From a virus, in IMG/VR virus record IMGVR_UViG_3300011113_000492, positions 59,082 through 123,081 of that record: a stretch of DNA of 64,000 nucleotides; one strand, written 5' to 3'. A program made the position numbers and the translations under genes. This document shows, in pieces, positions 8,110 through 16,586 of the stretch (positions are counted from its first letter, which is position 1; each line of letters starts with the position of its first letter). The notes below the pieces were generated by a model. The model saw only the letters and a program-made list of their open reading frames with translations. It did not search any database and was not told the DNA's origin.

Positions 8110-8486
8110 AGTATAGTAGTTTAACGCTTCGATAGAAAGAAGTTCTGGACCCGGCTAGCATATGCCGGCAGGTCCACCAAGTATGCTAGTCCGGTAGCGA
8201 TAGTGTGAGTGACTACAGTCTTGTGCGAGTCAAGACCATACCTGATGGGCCTGAAAAGATTCGACAGGGCAACAAGTATTGACAAGATCTACTCGGCAAT
8301 GTAGAAGCCGTTAGGATTGGGGTCACCCGGTCGAAGACACACAAACCGTAAATGCAAAAGCATCTACATCTGGTAGCTTCAAGTTCAGCGGAAAAGGCGT
8401 AAAGCTTGCTTCTGCTCGTCGTGAAGCTGTATTGGCCTAAGTAGCCAAACCCGGGGTTGGTAACCTTGTAACTCAATAACCTAATT
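8110..8486 (+). ncRNA. ssrA: Circularly permuted (two-piece) tmRNA: acceptor piece ~8110-8179, intervening segment 8180-8246, coding piece from 8247, tag ORF 8354-8440
   Basis: T-arm plus CAGGTCC-ACCA (ends 8179) lies before GGGCCTGAAAAGATTCGAC (8247). The acceptor stem pairs 7/7 with a G3:U70 pair. Helix-2 segments pair (8266-70/8142-46, 8277-82/8129-34, 8289-93/8115-19). TAAAT then a GCA resume codon; tag AKASTSGSFKFSGKGVKLASARREAVLA*. Outer ends approximate. Confidence 0.9.
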
Positions 8487-8506
8487 AGGACCTTCGGGTC
8501 CTTTTT
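8487..8506 (+). terminator. Intrinsic terminator of tmRNA
   Basis: AGGACC-TTCG-GGTCCT plus T tract. Confidence 0.85.
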
Positions 8507-8526
8507 ATTTGTTCGAATGTTCGAGA

Positions 8527-8555
8527 TTGTAATCTTTCTGTAATCAATTTGACAT
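8527..8555 (+). promoter_or_regulatory. Pho box (PhoB-binding direct repeats) upstream of pstS
   Basis: TTGTAAT / CTGTAAT / TTGACAT at exact 11-bp period. Confidence 0.75.
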
Positions 8556-8586
8556 TAAATATCATTACAACTATCAAGGAGATTAA

Positions 8587-9594
8587 ATGAAAAAAATCAC
8601 AGCATTTATTAGTGCATTACTAATTTCTACATCTGCATTTAGTGCAGACATTACCGGTGCAGGTGCAACATTCCCTTTCCCAATCTATGCTAAATGGGCA
8701 GAAGCATATAAAAAGGCCACTGGCACAGGTATGAACTATCAAAGTATTGGCAGTTCAGGTGGCATTAGACAAATCAATGCTAGAACTGTGGATTTTGGTG
8801 CAACTGATGCTCCAGTTAAAGGTGAAGACCTAGACAAGCAGGGTCAAGTTCAGTTTCCTGCTATCATTGGCGGAACAGTGCCAGTGGTAAACCTAGATGG
8901 TTTTAAACCAGGCGAACTACGCATCACCGGACCAGTTATGGCCGAAGTGTTCATGGGAACTATTTCTAAATGGAATGATCCTAAACTGGTAGCATTGAAT
9001 CCAGGCAAGATTCTGCCCAACACAGAAATCACTGTGGTTCATCGTGCTGATGGTAGTGGCACAACATTTAACTGGACAGATTATCTTACTACTGTGAGTC
9101 CCGAGTGGGAGAAGCGTGTGGGTCGTGGTGCCGCAGTTAAATGGCCAGCAGCCACATCGGTAGGTGGCAAAGGCAACGAAGGTGTTGCTGCTAATGTGAA
9201 CAGAATTAAAGGTTCGATCGGTTATGTAGAGTATGCTTATGTTAAAAAGAACAACATGACATTTCTACAACTACAGAATAAAGCAGGTCGATGGGTAAGT
9301 CCAGATGACTTAACATTTGCCGCAGCAGCAGATGGTGCTGATTGGTTTAGTGTTCCAGGCATGGGATTGAGTATTGTGGATCAGCGTAATCCTAATGCGT
9401 GGCCAGTGAGTTCAGCAAGTTTCATCATCATGTACAAAGAGCCAAAGAACAAAGCTGCCAGCGATGAAGTATTAAAGTTCTTTGATTGGGCATTTAAGAA
9501 TGGTAAGAAGATGAGTGAGGAATTAGATTATGTACATTTACCTACCGTATTACAAGATCAGATTCGTCAGCGAGTTTGGAGCCAGATAAAGTAA
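8587..9594 (+). CDS. pstS: Phosphate ABC transporter substrate-binding protein
   Basis: ITGAGATFP, YQSIGSSGG, DFGATD, HRADGSGTT, IGYVEYAY; signal peptide. Confidence 0.97.
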   Translation: MKKITAFISALLISTSAFSADITGAGATFPFPIYAKWAEAYKKATGTGMNYQSIGSSGGIRQINARTVDFGATDAPVKGEDLDKQGQVQFPAIIGGTVPVVNLDGFKPGELRITGPVMAEVFMGTISKWNDPKLVALNPGKILPNTEITVVHRADGSGTTFNWTDYLTTVSPEWEKRVGRGAAVKWPAATSVGGKGNEGVAANVNRIKGSIGYVEYAYVKKNNMTFLQLQNKAGRWVSPDDLTFAAAADGADWFSVPGMGLSIVDQRNPNAWPVSSASFIIMYKEPKNKAASDEVLKFFDWAFKNGKKMSEELDYVHLPTVLQDQIRQRVWSQIK

Positions 9595-9636
9595 ACCGAC
9601 CACAAAGATAGAGTGGCGCTGGAACTCGTAACCAGT

Positions 9637-9661
9637 ATAGGACCTATAGGGTCCTATTTTT
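9637..9661 (+). terminator. Intrinsic terminator
   Basis: ATAGGACC-TATAG-GGTCCTAT plus T tract. Confidence 0.8.
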
Positions 9662-9676
9662 ATTTCAACGGGTACA

Positions 9677-9694
9677 TTGTAATAATCTTGTAAC
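9677..9694 (+). promoter_or_regulatory. Pho box upstream of plcP-like gene
   Basis: TTGTAAT and TTGTAAC 11 bp apart; TACAGT -10-like hexamer at 9711. Confidence 0.6.
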
Positions 9695-9726
9695 ACTGAG
9701 ACGCAACATTTACAGTAAATATGATT

Positions 9727-10620
9727 ATGTCAACACAACCTAAAACTTATCGAAGTATTTTTATCAGCGATGTTCATTTAGGGACTAAAGACAGTCAAGC
9801 GGACAAGTTAAACAACTTTCTCAAACACAATACCTGCGACACGCTATATCTAATAGGCGACATCATCGACGCTTGGCGTATACAACAAAACAAGTGGCGT
9901 TGGAAACAAAGCCATACCAATGTGGTCCGTCGTGTGCTAGGACATGCTAAACGAGGCACTCGGGTGGTTTATGTAGCAGGTAATCATGATGAGTTCCTAC
10001 GTCCAATGATACCTTACGGGTTCAGTTTTGGTCTAGTAGAAATACACAATCAAATTGAACATATAGGTGCTGACGGTAAACACTATCTAGTCACTCATGG
10101 CGATTTGTTTGATGGTATTACTAGACTAGCACCTTGGATCAGTTTTTTAGGCGACAAGGCCTATGACTTTGTCTTAATGTTAAATGCTAAATTCAATTGG
10201 TTCAGACACAAAATGGGATTTGGTTATTGGAGTCTATCAAAGTATCTAAAACATCGCGTTAAAAAAGCTGTAGATTTTATGTTTCAGTTTGAAAAGAATC
10301 TAGCAGGCTATTGCAAGAAGCGTGGTTTTGATGGAGTGATCTGTGGGCACATACATCACGCAGAAATTAAAGAAATAGACGGGGTAACATATATGAATGA
10401 CGGCGACTGGGTTGAATCATGTACTGCACTAGTAGAGCATTGGAACGGCCGTTGGGAGATAGTAATTTGGACCAAGGAGAGAGATGATGTGGATAATGAT
10501 ACTGCTAGCGATTCATTCAAAAAATCCAAACGACATCCCAGGAAGAATAACGCTGACATTCCCGGACCAGGTATCGTGCGAATCGGTGCTCAAGACGATG
10601 TCGTATCAACTAAAGTTTGA
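9727..10620 (+). CDS. plcP: PlcP-like metallophosphoesterase (LpxH-like family; Pi-starvation phospholipase C)
   Basis: FISDVHLG, GDIID, GNHDE, HGDLFD, YWSLS, CGHIHHAEI, YMNDGDWVESCTALVE; Pho box; adjacent GT4. Confidence 0.75.
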   Translation: MSTQPKTYRSIFISDVHLGTKDSQADKLNNFLKHNTCDTLYLIGDIIDAWRIQQNKWRWKQSHTNVVRRVLGHAKRGTRVVYVAGNHDEFLRPMIPYGFSFGLVEIHNQIEHIGADGKHYLVTHGDLFDGITRLAPWISFLGDKAYDFVLMLNAKFNWFRHKMGFGYWSLSKYLKHRVKKAVDFMFQFEKNLAGYCKKRGFDGVICGHIHHAEIKEIDGVTYMNDGDWVESCTALVEHWNGRWEIVIWTKERDDVDNDTASDSFKKSKRHPRKNNADIPGPGIVRIGAQDDVVSTKV

Positions 10621-10663
10621 AAGTTTTAAGGTAGTAGGCGAATGCAAAAAACAATTCTCATAG
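10484..10663 (+). CDS. 59-aa hypothetical protein overlapping plcP 3' end and GT4 start (absent from ORF track)
   Basis: AAGGAGA SD; MMWIMILLAIHSKNPNDIPGRITLTFPDQVSCESVL...VVGECKKQFS*. Confidence 0.6.
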   Translation: MMWIMILLAIHSKNPNDIPGRITLTFPDQVSCESVLKTMSYQLKFESFKVVGECKKQFS

Positions 10664-11652
10664 TAACAGACAATTTACCGGAGCAGATCAATGGCGTGGT
10701 TACGACCTACAAAAATATTGAGGTTATGGCGGTTCTCAACGGTTATCGTGTTGTTTATCTTGATCCCGGGCGGTTCCGCTATGTTGATTGCCCTGGCTAC
10801 AACGAAGTCAAGATTGCCTTTCCCCGGAAAGTGGGCCAGATACTTGAGGAGATCAATCCGGATCATATCCACATCGCCACGGAGGGTCTTGTGGGTCTGC
10901 GTGTTAGACAATATCTTGACAAACACGGTTATCGCTACAATACTGCTTATCACACTAAGTTTCCAGAAGGAATTAAGAAGCTGTTTGGAATACCTGAGGC
11001 CCTTACTTGGCCTTTAGTGCGTTGGTTTCATAAGCATAGCGGCAAGGTGTTAACCACCACAGACTCAATGGTCAAGGAGCTACAACAACATGGATTTGAT
11101 GGAGATATTGTATCTTGGACAAGAGGTGTTGATAGGAACATTTTCTATCCTAGCGATTCTTTTACTAACACTGGCATTCTCTTGTGCGTTAGTAGAGTTT
11201 CTAGAGAAAAAAACTTAGAAGATTTTTTTAAACTAGACTACCCGGGTTATCGTAAAGTCATGGTGGGTGATGGACCTATGTTGGAAACATATCAATATCA
11301 GTACCCTGATGTTGAATTCGTGGGTTATAAAACTGGTAAAGAATTGGCTGACTACTATAGACAAGCTGATGTATTTGTATTCCCTAGCCATTGGGAGACA
11401 TTTGGTATAGTTATGATTGAGGCAATGGCCTGCGGTACTCCGGTCGCAGCATATCCTGTACAAGGTCCCCTGGATGTAATAGACCAAAATATAACTGGTT
11501 GTATGAATGATAATCTGATTCAAGCAATCAATGACGCAATCTTGCTTGATCGACGAAAAGTTTGGAATGGCAGTCACCGTTGGAGCTGGAGTCGAGCTTG
11601 GGAAATTTTTAGAGATAATTTAATTGAAAAATCTTCTACTAGAATCAATTGA
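10642..11652 (+). CDS. GT4 glycosyltransferase, Agt-like (glyco-diacylglycerol synthase)
   Basis: QINGVVTT, HIATEG, YHTKFPE, WTRGVD, REKNL, VGDGP, DVFVFPSHWETFGIVMIEAMACG. Confidence 0.8.
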   Translation: MQKTILIVTDNLPEQINGVVTTYKNIEVMAVLNGYRVVYLDPGRFRYVDCPGYNEVKIAFPRKVGQILEEINPDHIHIATEGLVGLRVRQYLDKHGYRYNTAYHTKFPEGIKKLFGIPEALTWPLVRWFHKHSGKVLTTTDSMVKELQQHGFDGDIVSWTRGVDRNIFYPSDSFTNTGILLCVSRVSREKNLEDFFKLDYPGYRKVMVGDGPMLETYQYQYPDVEFVGYKTGKELADYYRQADVFVFPSHWETFGIVMIEAMACGTPVAAYPVQGPLDVIDQNITGCMNDNLIQAINDAILLDRRKVWNGSHRWSWSRAWEIFRDNLIEKSSTRIN

Positions 11653-11735
11653 AACTCATGACTAGCACCAAAGACTGTAAGGTCCTTTTTATTTTAATGT
11701 AATTAGTGTAAATACTATTTTAAGGATGAGCCACT

Positions 11736-12056
11736 ATGAAAAAATCGGCAGTGGCGTTCCTATTCTGCTTAACCAGCACCATAGCCAACGCTCAAAATAA
11801 TTCTAATTTTACACAAGTACCCAAACCTGTCGTCTGTGGTCCCACTGAACTAATTTTTAAAGCGTTGATTAATTCTGAGATAAACGAACAACCGGTATGG
11901 ACAGGAAAGAATGAAGATGATCGAAGTGATTACGCATTATTCATTAATCCTAAAACTAATACGTTTACCATAGTTCAGTTTGCAAAAGAATGGGCCTGTA
12001 TTTTAGGCACCGGTTTTAAATCACAAAAATTTAGTAATTTTACCAAAAGTCTTTGA
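11736..12056 (+). CDS. Exported hypothetical protein
   Basis: Signal peptide ending ANA; two Cys; TAAATA upstream. Confidence 0.6.
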   Translation: MKKSAVAFLFCLTSTIANAQNNSNFTQVPKPVVCGPTELIFKALINSEINEQPVWTGKNEDDRSDYALFINPKTNTFTIVQFAKEWACILGTGFKSQKFSNFTKSL

Positions 12057-12117
12057 ATATTACTGTTGTACATGTATAATACTTAATTGGTATTTGTTTT
12101 TAAATTAAGGAGAAAAT

Positions 12118-12669
12118 ATGAAAACAGTTGGCGACCGCCTAGAACCTTTTGTTGTGACCGGTGTGAATCCTGGCAGCGACAAGTTTTTTGACATCACAGA
12201 AAAGAGTTTTGAAGGCAAGTGGAAAGTAATCGTTTACTATCCCAAGGACTTTACATTCGTTTGCCCTACAGAAATTGTGGCCTATGATAAGTTGGCCAAA
12301 GACTTTGCAGATCGTGATGCTGTATTGCTCACAGGCAGCACTGACAATGAGTTCTGTAAACTGGCATGGCAGAAAGCCCATCCTGATCTGGCCAAGATCA
12401 CTCACATTCAATTTGCTGACACTCAGCGTTGGAATGATCATACAGGTCATAATATGAGTTTGATTGAACAGCTGGGTGTGTTCTATGCTCCAGCAGGTGC
12501 TGCACTTCGCGCAACATTCATCGTTGATCCAAACAATGAAATTCAGCATGTCACTGTGAACAACTTGAATGTTGGTCGTAGCCCAGAAGAAACTCTGCGT
12601 GTTCTTGATGCGCTACAAACTGGCGAGTTGTGTGCATGTAACCGTACCGTCGGCGGCGAGACTCTATAA
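12118..12669 (+). CDS. ahpC: Peroxiredoxin AhpC
   Basis: YPKDFTFVCPTEI and C-terminal GELCAC. Confidence 0.95.
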   Translation: MKTVGDRLEPFVVTGVNPGSDKFFDITEKSFEGKWKVIVYYPKDFTFVCPTEIVAYDKLAKDFADRDAVLLTGSTDNEFCKLAWQKAHPDLAKITHIQFADTQRWNDHTGHNMSLIEQLGVFYAPAGAALRATFIVDPNNEIQHVTVNNLNVGRSPEETLRVLDALQTGELCACNRTVGGETL

Positions 12670-13334
12670 TGCTTGAAATGCTGTGGGCCCTGTTGGCCAT
12701 TGTGTTAATCGATGTTGTATTAGGCGGCGAAAATGCTCTGGTTATTGCTATGGCTAGCCGCGGCTTGCCCGAGCACCTACGGCGCCGAGCATTGATTTGG
12801 GGCACATTTGGTGCTGTAGCTGTGCGTTTCTTATGTGTAGCAGTACTGACTTATCTGCTGATGATTCCAGGACTTCGATTAGTCGGTGGATTGATGCTGA
12901 TTTACATTGCATGGAAACTTACAGCCAATGAACAAAACCACGGTGATGTCAGGGCTGCCACTACATTTTGGGGTGCTATGGCAACCATTGTTTGGGCTGA
13001 TGCCGTAATGGGCTTGGACAATGCACTAGCCATTGCAGGTGCCGCAGGGGGTAATTGGTTACTGATTATCTTTGGTCTATTACTCAGTGTGCCCATCATT
13101 TTGTTTGGCAGTACTATTGTTGCTAAAGTTATAGACAAGTATCCAGACAGTATTTTTGTTGGTGCATTTGTGTTGTATGTTGTGGCCATTAAAATGATTG
13201 TACACGAGCCTTTCATCGATAATCATCTAGATCCGTTACACGATTTTTACGAACATATTTTGCCGTGGGCCGGTGCTGTAATTTTAACTGCTAAACAGTA
13301 TTACAGATCACGAATCAGGAGTAAACATGCTTGA
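12669..13334 (+). CDS. TerC/YjbE-family membrane protein
   Basis: IDVVLGGENALVIAMA, DAVMGLDNALAIAGAA; multiple TM helices. Confidence 0.85.
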   Translation: MLEMLWALLAIVLIDVVLGGENALVIAMASRGLPEHLRRRALIWGTFGAVAVRFLCVAVLTYLLMIPGLRLVGGLMLIYIAWKLTANEQNHGDVRAATTFWGAMATIVWADAVMGLDNALAIAGAAGGNWLLIIFGLLLSVPIILFGSTIVAKVIDKYPDSIFVGAFVLYVVAIKMIVHEPFIDNHLDPLHDFYEHILPWAGAVILTAKQYYRSRIRSKHA

Positions 13335-13989
13335 AACCATCTGCGAAACACTGGTAGAAGCTTACCGACGTAATTGGATTACCAGTCGCGATGGTAATGT
13401 TAGCATACGCCACCACGATCGTGATCACTTTTATATCACACCTAGTGGTGTGCGTAAACAAACTTTGCAACCAGATCAGTTTAAGAAGATTGCAATTCAT
13501 AAACATATTCAAAGCGGATTTGGCACCGCATCTTTTAACTATGCTTGGCAAGATGTTCCCTACACTGACATTAGTTCTAACTTAAAACCCAGCGGAGAAA
13601 TTCCACTACATTTCGGACTACAACGAGAAATGGGACAACACAAAGATGATGTTAGAGTCGTAGTTCACTTGCACCCCACTTACTGTGTTGCAGCCATGCA
13701 TGCCGGTATTAATTTGAGTACCATTGTCAACGACTTTCCTGAGCTAAGTCGTTATACGCGAGTGGCACCCAATGTGCCAGATGTGCCGCCCATCAGTCAA
13801 GAGCTGGCAGATCGTTGCCATCATAACTTACAACTGGATAAGGATGGCAACATTTACTATGACATTGTGGGCATCAAAGGTCACGGTGTTGTGGCCATTG
13901 ACACCAGCCCGTGGCGTGCATTTGAACATATTGAACGTCTTGAGCACATTTCTAAAATTGTATTAGCCAGTAAAGGTTATCATGATTGA
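13327..13989 (+). CDS. Class II aldolase/adducin family protein
   Basis: GNVS, ITPSG, PSGEIPLH, VVHLHP, GHGVVA. Confidence 0.85.
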   Translation: MLETICETLVEAYRRNWITSRDGNVSIRHHDRDHFYITPSGVRKQTLQPDQFKKIAIHKHIQSGFGTASFNYAWQDVPYTDISSNLKPSGEIPLHFGLQREMGQHKDDVRVVVHLHPTYCVAAMHAGINLSTIVNDFPELSRYTRVAPNVPDVPPISQELADRCHHNLQLDKDGNIYYDIVGIKGHGVVAIDTSPWRAFEHIERLEHISKIVLASKGYHD

Positions 13990-15127
13990 TCCAAAAATAG
14001 AATTAGCACTGCTCAATGAGAGTATTAGACAGAATCAAACCATTGAACTGATTGCCAGTGAAAACTATACCAGTCAAGCAGTCATGGACTTGTGCGGCAG
14101 TATATTGACTAACAAGTATGCCGAAGGCCTCCCAGGCAAGCGTTACTACAATGGATGTCGTAATGTAGACGAGATTGAAAACATTGCTATTGAGTATGCT
14201 ACTAAGTTGTTTGACTGTGCGTTTGCCAATGTGCAACCACACAGTGGTGCCAATGCCAACCTAGCAGTGTTCAAAGCATTCTTGAACATGGGAGACACAG
14301 TGGTGGGCATGGACTTGGCCAGCGGAGGACATTTGAGTCATGGCGCTAAAGTCAACATCAGCGGCAACTGGTTTTTCAGTCACAGTTACGGAGTCGACCC
14401 GCAGGGTTTTATCGACTATGATAAAGTGGCACAGTTAGTATGGGATACAAGGCCCAAACTAGTTATTGCTGGCGCTAGTGCCTATAGTCAAATCATTGAT
14501 TGGGCCAGGTTTCGTGAGATCGCTGATTCAGTTGGAGCACTGCTACTAGCAGATGTGGCTCATTATTCAGGATTAATCGTGGGCGGAGAGTATCCCAGTC
14601 CTTTTCCCTATGCAGATGTTGTTACCACTACAACACACAAAGGTCTACGTGGACCACGAGGCGGTTTAATTTTGTGGAATGATGCAGAGTTTTCAAAACA
14701 ACTTAATAGTGCTGTATTTCCAGGTACACAGGGCGGCCCACTGATGCATATCATTGCTGGCAAGGCACAGTGTTTCTATGAAGCACTGCAACCAGAGTTT
14801 AAAGACTATGCTAGGCAGGTTAGACTAAATGCTGACGCTATGGCAGAGACTTTTATCAATGCTGGTATCAATATTGTCAGTGGCGGTACTCGGTGTCATA
14901 TGTTTACCATTGATCTACGCAATGAGTCATTGAGTGGGCGCGAGTATGCCGACAAATTAGAAGCACAGGGCATCACTGTAAACAAAAACGGTGTACCAGG
15001 TGAAACTCGGAGCTTTGCCGAAACATCGGGTGTGCGTATCGGTGTAGCAGCAGAAACAACTCGTGGTCATGATGAAAAATGGTTTCGCGATTTAGCGCAT
15101 CGTATGATTAAAATTCTAAGAGGTTAA
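13982..15127 (+). CDS. glyA: Serine hydroxymethyltransferase
   Basis: LIASENY, NKYAEGLPGKRYY, GGHLSHG, TTTTHKGLRGPRGG (PLP lysine), SGVRIG. Confidence 0.96.
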   Translation: MIDPKIELALLNESIRQNQTIELIASENYTSQAVMDLCGSILTNKYAEGLPGKRYYNGCRNVDEIENIAIEYATKLFDCAFANVQPHSGANANLAVFKAFLNMGDTVVGMDLASGGHLSHGAKVNISGNWFFSHSYGVDPQGFIDYDKVAQLVWDTRPKLVIAGASAYSQIIDWARFREIADSVGALLLADVAHYSGLIVGGEYPSPFPYADVVTTTTHKGLRGPRGGLILWNDAEFSKQLNSAVFPGTQGGPLMHIIAGKAQCFYEALQPEFKDYARQVRLNADAMAETFINAGINIVSGGTRCHMFTIDLRNESLSGREYADKLEAQGITVNKNGVPGETRSFAETSGVRIGVAAETTRGHDEKWFRDLAHRMIKILRG

Positions 15128-15129
15128 CA

Positions 15130-15543
15130 ATGATAGAATGTTTAATTATTGGTGATAGTATTGCTGTAGGTACTGCTATGGCTCGTAAAGAATGCGTAAG
15201 TTATGCCAAGGGCGGTTGGAACAGTTGGCAATGGAACAAAGATTATTTGTCTCAGGCCGCCGCCCAACCTGCTCGAACTGTGATTATCAGCTTAGGTGCT
15301 AATGATCACAAAGGTGTAAAGACTGAGTTTGAGTTGCGTAAGATGCGTGAAGCAGTTCGAGGTCAGCGTGTTTTCTGGATTGATCCTGGAAAAGATCGCA
15401 AGCCTGTGCCGCACGATGCAATTGTAAAAATCGCACAAGAATATGGAGATACAATTCTGCCTCGACCCAAAGATCATATGAGCGCCGACGGCATTCACCC
15501 TACAGGCCGAGGATATAAAATTTTAGGAGAACAGGCACGATGA
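15130..15543 (+). CDS. SGNH/GDSL hydrolase-like protein
   Basis: GDSI, ISLGAND, DGIHP blocks. Confidence 0.75.
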   Translation: MIECLIIGDSIAVGTAMARKECVSYAKGGWNSWQWNKDYLSQAAAQPARTVIISLGANDHKGVKTEFELRKMREAVRGQRVFWIDPGKDRKPVPHDAIVKIAQEYGDTILPRPKDHMSADGIHPTGRGYKILGEQAR

Positions 15544-16058
15544 CACAATGGGTAGATGCATTAAAGGAATCTAGTATTCCTGATTATGCAAAGGATACTA
15601 AACTTAATTTGGATGCCGTAATCAAACGCAGCACATTACCTGCAGAAGAAGCCGAAGCAGTTGCAGTTGCAGCCGCATTTGCCACAGGTAATAGTAAATT
15701 TTGGACTTGGTTACACAGTCAAATTGCAGATCGCAAAGAAGCAGACGCGGCACTGACTGCCGCAAGCATTATGTCAATGAACAATACTTGGTACCCATAT
15801 GTTGAAATGGCCAACGACGAAAATCTAAAAGGTCTGCCAGCACAGTTACGCATGAACGCTATTGCCAGCCACGGTGGTACAACTAAAGCCAAATTTGAAG
15901 CATACAGTTTAGCTGCCAGTATTGTTGGCAAGTGTCACTTCTGTGTAAAAGCACATTATGAAACGTTAAAAAAAGAAGGATACACAGTGGAGCAACTTCG
16001 TGACATTGGGCGTATCGCCGCAGTAATTGTCAGCGTGTCTAGGGTATTAAGTTCTTAA
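15540..16058 (+). CDS. ahpD: Alkyl hydroperoxide reductase AhpD
   Basis: MNNTWYPY, LRMNAI, SIVGKCHFCVKAH. Confidence 0.92.
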   Translation: MTQWVDALKESSIPDYAKDTKLNLDAVIKRSTLPAEEAEAVAVAAAFATGNSKFWTWLHSQIADRKEADAALTAASIMSMNNTWYPYVEMANDENLKGLPAQLRMNAIASHGGTTKAKFEAYSLAASIVGKCHFCVKAHYETLKKEGYTVEQLRDIGRIAAVIVSVSRVLSS

Positions 16059-16088
16059 TACTATTTTGTTATATAAAAAATAACAGAT

Positions 16089-16112
16089 TTGGGGCTTTTT
16101 GGCCCCATTTTT
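16089..16112 (+). terminator. Intrinsic terminator
   Basis: TGGGGC-TTTTTG-GCCCCA plus TTTTT. Confidence 0.7.
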
Positions 16113-16185
16113 GTTGTATTTTTACAACAAATATTTTGGTTGACCAATATTCCCAATTTTGCTATAATAATGGAATAGTAAGTAA
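16107..16185 (+). repeat. 79-bp direct repeat copy 2 (palindrome plus early promoter cassette)
   Basis: Identical to 5190-5268. Confidence 0.95.
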
Positions 16186-16198
16186 CAAGGAGCTGGCG

Positions 16199-16339
16199 AT
16201 GACTGTAAAAGAAATGATGGAAGTGTTGAAGCAGCTGGATCCGAACCAAGAAGTTTCGATCTATGATCCAGAGTGGGAAAACACCTTTCCTGTGGAACGC
16301 ATCGAAGTTGAGCAGGATGGCGAGGTTGTACTGTACTAA
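16199..16339 (+). CDS. 46-aa early hypothetical protein
   Basis: AAGGAG SD, ATG 16199. Confidence 0.65.
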   Translation: MTVKEMMEVLKQLDPNQEVSIYDPEWENTFPVERIEVEQDGEVVLY

Positions 16340-16349
16340 GGAGCTGACC

Positions 16350-16541
16350 ATGAAGACCTACAAAGAAGCGATCTGGGAACTGGCTCTGGACAAAGCTCAC
16401 CAGTATCATAGCGGTGCTTTGTGGCCCGTGGCAGAAGGAGCAGAGACTGTGGCTTGGATCTTCGAAGTGTCTTTGACGACAGTTCACAAAGACATCCGTG
16501 AAGTGTTCCCAGCAGCCTGCAAAAAAGTCTCGCACGGTTGA
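16350..16541 (+). CDS. 63-aa hypothetical protein
   Basis: AAGGAG SD, ATG 16350. Confidence 0.65.
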   Translation: MKTYKEAIWELALDKAHQYHSGALWPVAEGAETVAWIFEVSLTTVHKDIREVFPAACKKVSHG

Positions 16542-16566
16542 CTAGACTATCCAAATCTGCTATACT
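16538..16566 (+). promoter_or_regulatory. Early sigma70 promoter
   Basis: TTGACT-17-TATACT with TGc extension. Confidence 0.75.
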
Positions 16567-16586
16567 ACACACATAGACATACTGTC

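Noticed and set aside
8241-8265. Hammerhead-like CTGATG...GAAA at the tmRNA junction
   Set aside because: No CUGAUGA consensus or proper stem II; the sequence is explained by the tmRNA 5' end.
8213-8476. Minus-strand 87-aa ORF over the tmRNA
   Set aside because: Shadow ORF antisense to a well-supported tmRNA; no SD or homology signal.
9595-9636. Two small hairpins (CCAC/GTGG, CTGG/CCAG) after pstS as an ncRNA
   Set aside because: The stems are only 4 bp; without covariation data they are indistinguishable from an ordinary 3' UTR.
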